Assembly (NCBI GenBank): GCA_051362555.1
Contig: CM120646.1
Span: forward strand, 9,610,001 to 9,674,000
Direction of reading: 5' to 3'
DNA from: Lingula anatina
Lineage: Eukaryota > Animalia > Brachiopoda
DNA: 64,000 bases
This document shows, piece by piece, positions 10,367 to 22,052 of the stretch; positions within the stretch are counted from its first letter, which is position 1, and every line of letters begins with the position of its first letter. The translations under genes and the position numbers were made by a program. Under the pieces are notes generated by a model, which was not told the origin of the DNA, did not search any database, and saw only the letters and a program-made list of their open reading frames with translations.

Positions 10367-11330
10367 CAGGCCTTCCCAACTACCAGACTTGGCACCTACG
10401 GGTCCAGTATAAACCGGTTTATCAGACCACACTACCCGTTTTCAAGGTGTGTGTCAGATCGCATTACAGAGTATCAGCCACCACACCGATTTTGCCTGGT
10501 GGGCGATGTGATAGCAATGATCCTAAGCGGGGTTGGAAAGTAGTGCATCTCATCTAGATTCATGCGCTGCTGCAATTTTCTCTGTTTATGCTAAAATCTG
10601 ACAGTACCGCAATTTTTAACATAAAATTTAAGTTCGGACATAGCCAATGATGTTTTGTAAATAAGAACTTGCAAACTTATATATCAATTTAGAAAAGTAG
10701 ACCTAATTTTGATAGCGGAAGCATATTCTGTCGGGGGTTAAATATTTTCATGACTACCGGGATGGACGAGATTGAGGGCAGGGGTAATCCTAGAGAGGGG
10801 TGAGAAACGTCCATTGTTCTCGTCAGCGAGGCTGTCCTTTTTCAGGGTTTGTACGCACGGACAGAAAACTTAAGTATTGTGGGAACGTTACTAATGAAGC
10901 CACTGGTAGTACTAGTAGTTATCAGCCTGTAGTCTTGAACAAGCGCCTCGATGACGAGTGAACAGTTGTCAAAAACAAAAGACCCAGGTGTGGTAGTTCA
11001 ACTACTGTTCATGCGTGCCGCAACGACCAAACCTAATTGCTCCTCAAGGTCACAAAACAGTAACCGGTACTGACGGCTAGGCTCGTCTTAATCATATAAG
11101 TAGCGCGTTTCTACCCCCTGATTGAGGGAGTCGTCTGTTGTATTCATACGACTCCTACTTGACGAAAACGAGGCGCGATACCCGGATGACAGGTAGGCTT
11201 ACAGAATTTGTGATAGGGTATGATACTCTTTTATGCGATCTGACACACACCTTGAAAACGGGTAGTATGGTCAGATACACCGGTTTATTCTGGACCCGTA
11301 GGTGCCGAGTCTGGTAGTTGGGAAGGCCTG
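10367..11330. mobile_element. 964-bp MITE with 110-bp TIRs and a 5-bp TSD (TATAT); superfamily uncertain, hAT5-like candidate
   Basis: 10367-10476 (CAGGCCTTCCCAACTACCAGAC...AGAGTATCA) is an imperfect reverse complement of 11221-11330. The empty monomer site reads CACATT-TATAT-GCTCTG, and TATAT is present on both sides (10362-10366, 11331-11335). Confidence 0.92.
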
Positions 11331-11393
11331 TATATGCTCTGAAAATTCTTTTTCATGAGACGCATTCAACTGATGATCTTATCACAGATTTTT

Positions 11394-14300
11394 ATGTACA
11401 GACACAGATGTGTCTGTACATATAGCCGTCATCTGCGTCTGTCGTCGCCGTCGTCGCTGTCGCCGTCGCCGTGCACTTTTACCGATAACACGATAAGTGG
11501 AAAACTGTTTTTTCTTTTGGCTTGAAACTTACAGAACTAATGAATATTTATAATACGCAGGTCAAGTTCGAAAATCAGCATGATCGGGTCACTTATAGGG
11601 AATTTATGCTGTTTTTTCACTTTTTTCAGCATAAATGAAGCACAGATAACACGATAAGTGGAAAACTGTTTTACTTTTTGGCTTGAAACTTACAGAACTG
11701 ATGAATATTCATAATACGCAGGTCAAGTTCGAAAATCAGCGTGATTGGGTAATTTTTTAATGAATTTAAGCTATTTTTCTCTTTTTTCAGCATAAATGCA
11801 GCACCGATAACATGATAAGTGGAAAACCATTTTACTTTTTGGCTTGAAACTTACAGAACTGATAAATATTCATAATACGCAGGTCAAGTTCGAAAATCGG
11901 CATGATTGGGTCATTTTTTAGTGAATTTAGGCTATTTTTTCACTTTTTTCAACATATATGCAACACTGATAACACTATATAAGAAAAACAGATAGGCCAA
12001 TTGTCATTATACTTACAGGAGTGGTCAATCTTACTAAAATGCAGGTTGAGTTGGAAAATCAGCATAATCTGGCCATTATTTTAGAAGTTATGCTGTTTTT
12101 TCACATTTCCTCAGATTCAATTCTTAAGCATGTTAACAGTCTCATTATTTAACTAATAAGATACGTAAAAGTGTTTGTTTGATATTTCCTGCATCTTTAC
12201 AACATTGTTAGTTGATTATGTAAAAATGATGGTAAACTTGATATCGTGTATTGTGTAATAAAGTGTCAAAAATGGAAATAAACTCATATCATATCATATT
12301 GCAGTTTGTTAGATTCAATCATCAACTATGTTCAGAATCTCAGAATGGAGGAAATTGGACATTTAACACTTTTCTATTGATATTTTTCCCATCTCATCAA
12401 TTTTCTTAGTTGGTCATATAAAAATGGAAGTATACTGTTTATTTTGTTTTGTTTAAAAAGTGTTAAAATGGAAATAAACCCATTTCAGAACAGTGCTGTC
12501 TTTTTTACAGTTTGGCATTTTTAAGATGTGACTTTGAAGTTGCTAGTCACATTTTCTGAATATCCATGATACTAATATTTTATGATTAAAAATTGATGGT
12601 CATTATGCTGTAAAACATTATGTAATATTGCATCAAAATTTGAAGAAACCCCTATTTTGGGCACTGCTCCCATGATGACCATTTAAGGAAAGTCATGTCA
12701 CTTACTGTTCTCAAACTTACAGGAAAGAAACGTGGGACTAAAATACAGCTTCAGTAGGCAATGCAGTCTGTTTGGTAAATTTTTCTGGTAGTTAAGCAGT
12801 TTTTTTGTGAAAATTTAATTTTTCACATATTGGCATTTTCAATGTATGACTTTGAAGTTCCATGATCCTGAAGACCTTTGCTTGTCACATTTTCTGAATA
12901 TGCGTTATACTAATATTTTATAATTGAAAATTGATGGTCATTATGCTGTTAAACATTATGTAATGTTGCATCAAAATTTGAAGAAACCCCTGTTTTGGGC
13001 ACTGCTCCCATGATGACCATTTAAGGAAAATCGTGTCAATTACTGTTCTCAAACTTACAGGAAAGAAACATGGGTCTAAAATACAGCTTCAGTAGGCAAT
13101 GCAGTCTGTTTGGTAAATTTTTCTGGCAATTAAACAGTTTTTTGTGAAAATGTAATTTTTCACATATTGGCATTTCCAAGGTGTGACTTAGAACCTCCAC
13201 GGGCTTGAAGACCCATGCTAGTCACATTTTCTGAAAATTCATGACACTTATATTTTATTATTAAAAATTGATGGTCATTATGCCGTTAAGCATTATGTAA
13301 TGTTGCATCAAAATAGAAGAAAACACAATTTTGGGTGCTGCTGCCTTGATGACCATTATGGGAAAACTGTGTTACTTATGAGTGTCAAACTTTCAAAAAA
13401 GAAACACAGGACTAAAATGCAGCCTGAGTTGGAAAAGCAGTCTAATTGGCTTCTTTTTATGGAAGCTATACATTTTAGTGTAATATTCATTATCTTTTTG
13501 GCATATTCATTGTGGGACTCAGAGCTCCCATGAACATGAAGCCGAATGGTAATCATATTTTCTACATGTCCATCCTATTTATAGTCAATAAACAAAAATT
13601 GGTGATAATTATTCTCTAATTTATTATGTAATGTTACATCAAAATTGACAACAATCTTTTTGCACTGCTACTGCAAACATTATGAAAAGAAAACTGTGCT
13701 ACTTATTATCATTTTTAACTTACAAGTACGATTTTTAGGATTGGTCTTCAGCTCATATGAGAAAACCAGCTCTATTGGATTATCATTTTTATTGAATTTA
13801 TGCATTTTTTGTGAAATTTTCATTTTTCTCATTCTGGCACTTTCTTAGTATAAACTTGAACTCCGATGGGCCTGAAGCCTTATGCTTTTAATTTCGTCTG
13901 TGTTACCTGTTGTGCATAAGTTGATGTTGACTGTGCAGTTAAACATAATGTATTATTGCATCAGGATTGGTAGTCTCCTATTTTGGGCATTATGGTTTTG
14001 TGCTTTTCTTAAAGTGTGACTTATGGGCCTAAAGACCTTTGAGTGGGTCAGTCTGTAAATTACCCTTGGGTATCACTAGATTAATTTCAGAGTTATAAAG
14101 TCATTTGCCTTAATAGGCCATTAAATGAGATTACATAAAGCACACTTGTTGATATTTCCCTGTAAACTCCCAAAGGTAAAGCTCTCTGCTAGATTAATAA
14201 TAAGGAAGCAGTGATAATTATGCAGGTAAATTTTGTTTAATATTGCAAATAAGTTTTAAATAATATATATATATATCAAACTGGAAGATTAAAAGTTTGA

Positions 14301-15115
14301 ATAGCATCTTCATTGGAATTATATTTACCTCAAGCTCTGCCAAGGAGGTCATATTTTCACCCCCGTTTGTCTGTCATGCACATAACACAAAAAGTTATGG
14401 ACTGATTTTGCAGAAATTTTCAAGAACTGTCGGAAGTGGGCCAAAGAGGACAATGATTAATTTTTGGTGGTGGTCTGGAACAATAATCAATCAATTATCA
14501 ATAATAATCAACAATTGCTGCCTTGGCAGAGGTCTGCACTCTCAAAGTGCTTTTCTAGCTTTGTTATGTTTTCGTTTATAATTTTTTCTCAAACACTTGC
14601 ATTTGTGACTTTTAACTCTCATCTGCCTGGGGCTCTGCACATTTTCTGTATTTCCACATAAGCAGTTGTATTGTTTTTTATGTCTTTAAACATTATGTAA
14701 TATTATTTTATGCACTGTCATCATTTTTCAAATATTGAGAGTTTCATAATGTGAATTTGAACTCTCATGGTCCTGAAACTGTAATTTTATTGAAGGGGTG
14801 GACCATCTTCTGGGTCTTCCTGAAGACAGTCAGGTTATTAAGTTTATATTAACTGGTATCTATTTTTTTCTGTTGGAAGACCATCAAAATGGAGGATGGA
14901 TCAACATAGATACTTTGTAATACTGTCAGAAAATATCTCTGGGTCCGCTCCTGTTATTGACCATGTTACCTGTTGTGCAAGATTAAAATTCAGTGTTGAC
15001 TGACAGTGCTATTATAAGCATTATTTATTATTGCATCAAAATTGACAAAATGACCTTTTTTGCATCTTTATTTTCTGTTTTTTGTCTGTACATTTGACAG
15101 CTTTGCTGCCTTGTT
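11394..15115 (+). mobile_element. HINE/DINE-1-like non-autonomous Helentron, copy 4 (long 3.7-kb variant) inserted in a satellite monomer
   Basis: Same 5' palindrome and 3' end as the other copies. Four ~160-bp repeats, about five ~330-bp repeats, and an extra ~1.1-kb segment (~13.95-15.0 kb). Flanks rejoin to monomer CACAGATTTTT/ATTATTGTTATGC. Confidence 0.88.
14325..14558 (+). mobile_element. Short HINE-type element of a second family, nested in copy 4
   Basis: Begins TTACCTC. Subterminal IR CTCTGCCAAGG (14335-14345) pairs with CCTTGGCAGAG (14521-14531). Short GTTTGTCTGT repeat, 3' hairpin GCACT-CTCAA-AGTGC (14536-14550), terminal CTAG. Confidence 0.8.
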
Positions 15116-15314
15116 ATTATTGTTATGCATCATCTGTCCAAATTTCACAAATATTAGACAAGATTTGTAAAAATTATGAACGTTTAACTATTTTAAGCCA
15201 TGGAATGTGGCAGTCGTTTCAGTTGTATTTTCAGTTTTCTCAAATGTATCGTCCAAAAAAAAAATGTTTTTCATGAGACACAGTCAACTGATGAACTTAT
15301 CACAGCTTTTTATT

Positions 15315-17530
15315 ATGTACAGACACAGATGTGTCTGTACATATTGCCATCACCTGCGTCTGTCGTCGCCGTCCCTGTCGCCGTCCCTGTCGCCGTCACC
15401 GTCGCCGTCACCGTCGCCGTCGCCGTGCACTTTCATCGTTAACACGATAAGTGGAAGACAGTTTTACTTTTTGGCTTTATATTTACAGAGCTGATGAATA
15501 TTCATAAAACGCAGGACAAGTTCGAAAATCAGCATGTTTCGGCAATTATTGTAGTATTTATGCTGTGTTTTCACTTTTTAGCATATATGCAACACTGTTA
15601 ACACATTTCAAGGAAAACCGATAGGCCTGTTGTCATGAAACTCACAGGAGTAATTCATCTTACTAAAACACAGATCAAGTTCGAAAATCGGCATGATCGG
15701 GCCACTATTTTAGTAGTTATGCTGTTTTTTTCACTTTTCAGCATATGTGCAACACTGTTAACACATTTCAAGGAAAACCGATAGACCTGTTGTCATGAAA
15801 CTCACAGGAGTAATCAATCTTACTAAAATGCAGGTCAAGTTCGAAAATCAGCATAATCGGGGCATTATTTTATAAGTTATGCTGTTTTTAAACATTTCCT
15901 CAGATTCAATACTTAGGCATGTTAACAGTCTCATTATTTAACTAATAAGATTCGTAAAAGTGTTTGTTTGACATTTCCTGCATCTTTACAACATTGTTAG
16001 TTGATTATGTAAAAATGATGGTAAACTTGTTATCATGTATTGTATAATAGAGTTTCAAAAATGGAAATAAACTCATATCATTGCAGTTTGTCAGATTCAT
16101 TCATTCACTATGTTCAGAAACTCAGAATGGAGGAAATTGGACATTAAACACTGTTCTATTGATATTTTTCCCATCTCATCAATTTTCTTAGTTGATCATA
16201 TATAAATGGCAGTAAATTGTTAATTTTGTTATGTGTTAAAAAATTGTTAAAAATGGAAAAAAAAAAAACATTTCAGGACAGTGCTGTCTTGTCTACATTT
16301 TGGCATTTTCAAGGTGTGACTTTGAAGTTCCTTTGGCCTGAAGACCTTTGCTAGGAACATTTTCTGAATATCCATGATACTAATATTTTATTATTAAAAA
16401 TTGATGGTAATTATCCTGTTAAACATTATGTAAAAGTGCATCAAAATTTGAAGACACCCCTATTTTGGACACTGCTCCCGTGATGACCATTTAAGGAAAA
16501 CCATGTCACTTACTGTTCTCAAACTTACAAGAAGAAACATGGGACTTAAATAAAGCTTCAGTGGGCAATGCAGACTATTTGGTAATTTTTTTTGGCAGCT
16601 AATCAGCTTTTTGTGAAAATTTAATTTTTCACATATTGGCATTTTCAAGGTGTGACTTAGAACCTCCACGGGCTTGAAGACCCATGCTAGTCACATTTTC
16701 TGAAAATCCACGATACGGATCTTTTATTATTAAAAACTGATGGTCATTATGCTGTTAAGCATTATGTAATATTGCATTAAAATAGAAGAAAACACAATTT
16801 TGGGTGCTGCTGCCATGATGACCATTATGGGAAAACCATGTTACTTATGAGTGTCAAACTTTCAAAAAAGAAACAAAGGACTAAAATGCAGCCTGAGTTG
16901 GAAAAGCAGTCTAATTGGCTTCTTTTTCTGGAAGTTATACATTTTAGTGAAATATTCATTTTTATCATGTTGGCATATTCATTGTGGGACTCGAAGCTCC
17001 CATGGACATGAAGCCAAATGGTAATCAAATTTTCTACATGTCCATGCTATTTGTAGTCAATAATCAAAAATTGGTGATAATTATTCTGTAATTTATTATG
17101 TAATGTTACATCAAAATTGACAAAAATCTTTTTGCACTGCTACTACAAACATTATGAAAAGAAAACTATGTTACTTATTATTATTTTCAACTTACAAGTA
17201 CGATTTGTAGGATTGGCATGCAGTTCAAATTAGAAAGCCAACTCAAATGGGTTATCATTTATTATTGAATTTAAGCAGTTTTATGTGAAATTTTCATTTT
17301 TCTCATTCTGGCATTTTCAAAGTGTGAACTTAAACTCCCATGGGCCTGAATCCTTACGCTTGTTACACATTTCACTTACATTGGTATTACCTGTTGAGCA
17401 TAATTAAAATTTGATGTTGAATTTGCAGTTAAGCATAATGTACTTTTGCATCAGAATTGACAGTAGCCTGTTTTGTGCATTGTTATTGTCTGCTTTTTGT
17501 CTGTACATTTGACAGCTTTGCTGCCTTGTT
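15315..17530 (+). mobile_element. HINE/DINE-1-like non-autonomous Helentron, copy 5, inserted in a satellite monomer
   Basis: Both termini present and an expanded 12-bp-period GTCGCCGTC(C/A)C(T/C) microsatellite. Flanks rejoin to monomer CACAG(A/C)TTTTTATT/GTTGTTATGC. Confidence 0.88.
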
Positions 17531-20500
17531 GTTGTTATGCATCATCTATCCAAATTTCACAAATATTAGACAAGATTTGTGAAAATTATTAACGATTAAC
17601 TATTTTTAAGCCATGGAATTTGGCAGTCTTTTCAATGTCGTTTTCAGTTTTCTCACATTTATATGCTCTGAAAAATGTTTTTCATGAGACACATTCAACT
17701 GATGAGCTTATCACAGATTATTATTATTGTTATGCATCATCTGTCCAAATTTCAAAAATATTGAACAATATTTGTGAAAATTATTAACGTTTAACTATTT
17801 TAAGGCACCACATTTTGCAGTCTTTTCAATGTCATTTTCAGTTTTCTCAATTTTATTGTCCAAAAAAACTTTTTCATGAGACACAGTCAACTGATGGGCT
17901 TATCACAGATTTTTATTGTTATTATGCATCTTCTATCCAAATTTCACAAATATTAGACAAGATTTGTGAAAATTATTAACGTTTAACTATTTTAAGCCAT
18001 GGAATTTGGCAGTCGTTTCAGTGTTATTTTCAGTTTTCTCAAATTTATTGTCCAAAAAAAAAACAACTTTTTCATGAGACACAGTCAACTGATGAGCTTA
18101 TCACAGATTTTTATTGTTGTTATGCATCATTTATCCAAATTTCACAAAAATTAGACAAGATTTGTGAAAATTAACATTTAACTATTTTAAGGCACCGCAT
18201 TTGGCAGTCTTTTCAATGTCATTTTCAGTATTTCTCAAATTTATATGTTCTGAAAATATCCTTTTTATTTGACATAGTCAACTGTTAAGGTTAAGTTTAT
18301 CAAAATTATTGTTCAACTATTTAAGTGTGGGAAATTTGTTAATTTTTAGAATTTAATTTCCCCTTTTTATCAAACATATTGTTCTTTTTCCAGGTGACCT
18401 TTTCCATACAGCATGATGGCTTTTTTTGGTGAACTGATTCTTCCTGTCTGGTCACGGCCAATTCCTATAGAAAAAACAGACAGCGAAAGGCAATAGCAAG
18501 AGCAATGCTATGTCTCATCCATGTGTACAATAGATGGCATATGGCAAGCTTTAGGACATTGTCAAATGGTGTGCTAAACCCTATTCCAGAAACCGATTGT
18601 AGGGGAATCTGCATCTGGTATTGGTAGTAAGGAGATGTCTTAAATGGGTATATATTCTTTTCCAGAGGACAATTATGGGTAATTTGTCACCTCTTACACA
18701 AACAAACTCAAATCATAATATTTGATGTTTAATGTGAGTCTAATTACATGTTGTGAAATTGAAAAAAAAAATGTAGATAATTCTCACTCTTCGCATACAA
18801 AATGTCAAACAACTACAATTCTATCACATACTGTCAACTGTTAAGCTTATCACAGACTTTTGTTATTGCTAAGCATCATCTGTCCAAATTTCACAAATAT
18901 TGAACAAGTTTTGTGAAAATTATTAACGTTTAACTATTTTAAGGCACCGCCTTTTGCAGTCTTCTCAGTGTTATTTTTAATTTTCTCAAATTTATTGTCC
19001 AAAAAAATCTTTTTAATGAGACACAGTTAATTGATGAGCTTATCACAGATTTTTATTGTTGTTATGCATCATCTATCCAAATTTCACAAATATTAGACAA
19101 GATTTGTGAAAATTATTAACGTTTAACTATTTTAAGCCATGGAATTTTGCAGTTTTTGCAATGTCATATTCAGTTTTTTAACATTTATATGCTCTGAAAA
19201 TTCTTTTTCATGAGACACATTCAATTGCTGAGCTTATCACAGATTTTTATTATTGTAAAGCATCATCTCTCCCAATTCCACAAATATTTGACAAGATTTT
19301 ATGAAAATTATAAACATTTAACTTTTTTAAGGCACCGCATTTGGCAGTCTTTTCAATGTCATTTTCAGTATTTCTCAAATTTATATGTTCTGAAAATATC
19401 CTTTTTATTAGACTTAGTCAACTGTTTAGGTTACGTTTATCAAAATTATTGTTCAACAACTTTAGTGTGGGAATTTTGTCAATTTTTAGAATTTAATTTT
19501 CACTTTTATTAAACATTCTTTTTCCAGGTGACCTTTTCCATACAGCGTGATGGCATTTTTGGTGAACTGATACTTCCTGTCTGGTCAGGGCTAATTCCTA
19601 TAGAAAAAACAGACAGCAAAAGACAACAGCATGAGCAATGCTATGTCTCATCCAAGTGTACAATAGATGGTATATGGCAAGCTTTAGGACATTGTCTAAT
19701 GGTGTGCTATCCTCAATTCCAGAAACCAATTGAAAGGAGGAATCTGCATCTGGTATTGGTAGTAAGATGTCTTAAATGGGTATATATTCTTTTCCAGAGG
19801 AAAATTACAGGTAAATTGTCACCTCTTACACAAACAAACTCAAATCATAATATTTGATGTTTAATGTGAGTCTAATTAGATGTTATGAAATTGAAAAAAA
19901 AATATTGTAGATAATTCTCACTCTTCGCATACAAAATGTCAAACAACTACAATTCTGGCACACACTGTCAACTGTTAAACTTATCACAGATTTTTGTTAT
20001 TGTTAAGCATCATCTCTCCAAATTTCACAAATATTGAACTAGTTTTGTGAAAATTATTAACGTTTAACTATTTTAAGGCACCGCCTTTTGCAGTCTTCTC
20101 AGTGTCATTTTCAGTTTTCTCAAATTTATTGTCCAAAAGAAAAACTTTTTCATGAGACACAGTCAACTGATGAGCTTATCACAGATTTTTATTGTTGTTA
20201 TGCATCATCTATCCAAATTTCACAAATATTAGACAAGATTTGTGAAAATTATTAACGTTTAACTATTTAAAGCCATGGAATTTGGCAGTCTTTTCAAAGT
20301 CGTTTTCAGTTTTCTCACATTTATATGCTCTGAAAAATGTTTTTCATGAGACACATTCAACTGATGAGCTTATCACAGATTTTTATTATTGTTAAGCATC
20401 ATCTCTCCAAATTCCACAAATATTGGACAAGATTTGTGAAAAATATTAATGTTTAACTATTTTATACTATGGAATTTTGCAGTCTTTTCAGTGTCATTTT

Positions 20501-21986
20501 CAGTTTTGTCACATTTATGTGCTCTGAAAATTCTTTTTCATGACACAAATTCAACTGATGAGCTTATCACAGATTTTTATTATAGTTAAGCATCATCTCT
20601 CCAAATTCCACAAATATTGGACAAGCTTTGTGAAAATTATTAACATTTATCTATTTTAAGGCACCGCATTTGGCAGTCTTTTCAATGTCATTTTCAGTAT
20701 TTCTCAAATTTATATGTTCTGAAAATATCCTTTTTATTAGACATAGTCAACTGTTTAGGTTAAGTTTATCAAAATTATTGTTCAACTATTTTAGTGTGGG
20801 AAATTTGTCAATTTTTAGAATTTAGTTTTCACTTTTATCAAACATATTGTTCTTTTTCCAAGTGACCTTTTCCATATAGCGTGATGGCATTTTTGGTGAA
20901 CTGATTCTTCCTGTCTGGTCAGGGCTAATTCCTATAGAAAAAACAGACAGCAAAAGACATCAGCAAGAGCAATGCTATGTCTCATCCATGTGTACAATAT
21001 ATGGTGTATGGCAAGTTTTAGGACATTGTCAAATGGTGTGTTAAACCTCAATTCCAGAAACCGATTGTAAGGAGGAATCTGCATCTGGTATTGGTAGTAA
21101 GGAGATGTCTTAAATGGGTATATATTCTTTTCCAGAGGAAAATTATGGGTAATTTGTCACCTCTTACACAAACAAACTCAAATCATAATATTTGATGTTT
21201 AATGTGAGTCTAATTAGATGTTATGAAATTGAAAAAGAAATATTTTAGATAATTCTCACTCTTCGCATACAAAATGTCAAACAACTACAATTCTGTCACA
21301 CACTGTCAACTGTTAAACTTATCACAGATTTTTGTTATTGTTAAGCATCATCTCTCCAAATTTCACAAATATTGAACTTGTTTTCTGAAAATTATTAACG
21401 TTTAACTATTTTAAGGCACCGCCTTTTGCAGTCTCCTCAGTGTCATTTTCAGTTTTCTCAAATTTATTGTCCAAAAAAATCTTTTTAATGAGACACAGTC
21501 AACTGATGAGCTTATCACAGATTTTTATTGTTGTTATGCATCATCTGTCCAAATTTCACAAATATTAGACAAGATTTGTGAAAATTATTAACGTTTAACT
21601 ATTTTAGTGCACCACATTTTGCAGCTTATCACAGATTTTTATTGTTATTATGCATCATCTATCCAAATTTCACAAATATTAGACAAGATTTGTGAAAATT
21701 ATTAAGGTTTAACTATTTTAAGCCATGGAATTTTGCAGTCTTTGCAATGTCATTTTCAGTTTTTTCACATTTATATGCTCTGAACATTCTTTTTCATGAG
21801 ACACATTCAACTGATCAGCTTATCACAACTTTTTATTATAGTTAAGCATCATCTGTCCAAATTCCACAAATATTGGACAAGCTTTGTGAAAATTATTAAC
21901 ATTTAACTATTTTAAGGCACCGCATTTGGCAGTCTTTTCAATGTCATTTTCAGTATTTCTCAAATTTATATGTTCTGAAAATATCC

Positions 21987-22052
21987 TTTTTATTTGACGT
22001 AGTCAACTGTTTAGGTAACTTAACCTAAACAGTTGACTACGTCAAATAAAAA
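21987..22052. repeat. Perfect 30-bp inverted repeat with a 6-nt spacer, private to one array unit
   Basis: TTTTTATTTGACGTAGTCAACTGTTTAGGT (21987-22016), AACTTA, ACCTAAACAGTTGACTACGTCAAATAAAAA (22023-22052). Confidence 0.97.

Noticed and set aside
14799-14903. Weak inverted repeat GGTCTTCC / GGAAGACC as a small MITE
   Set aside because: Only ~8 bp of perfect match, with no clear termini or TSD.
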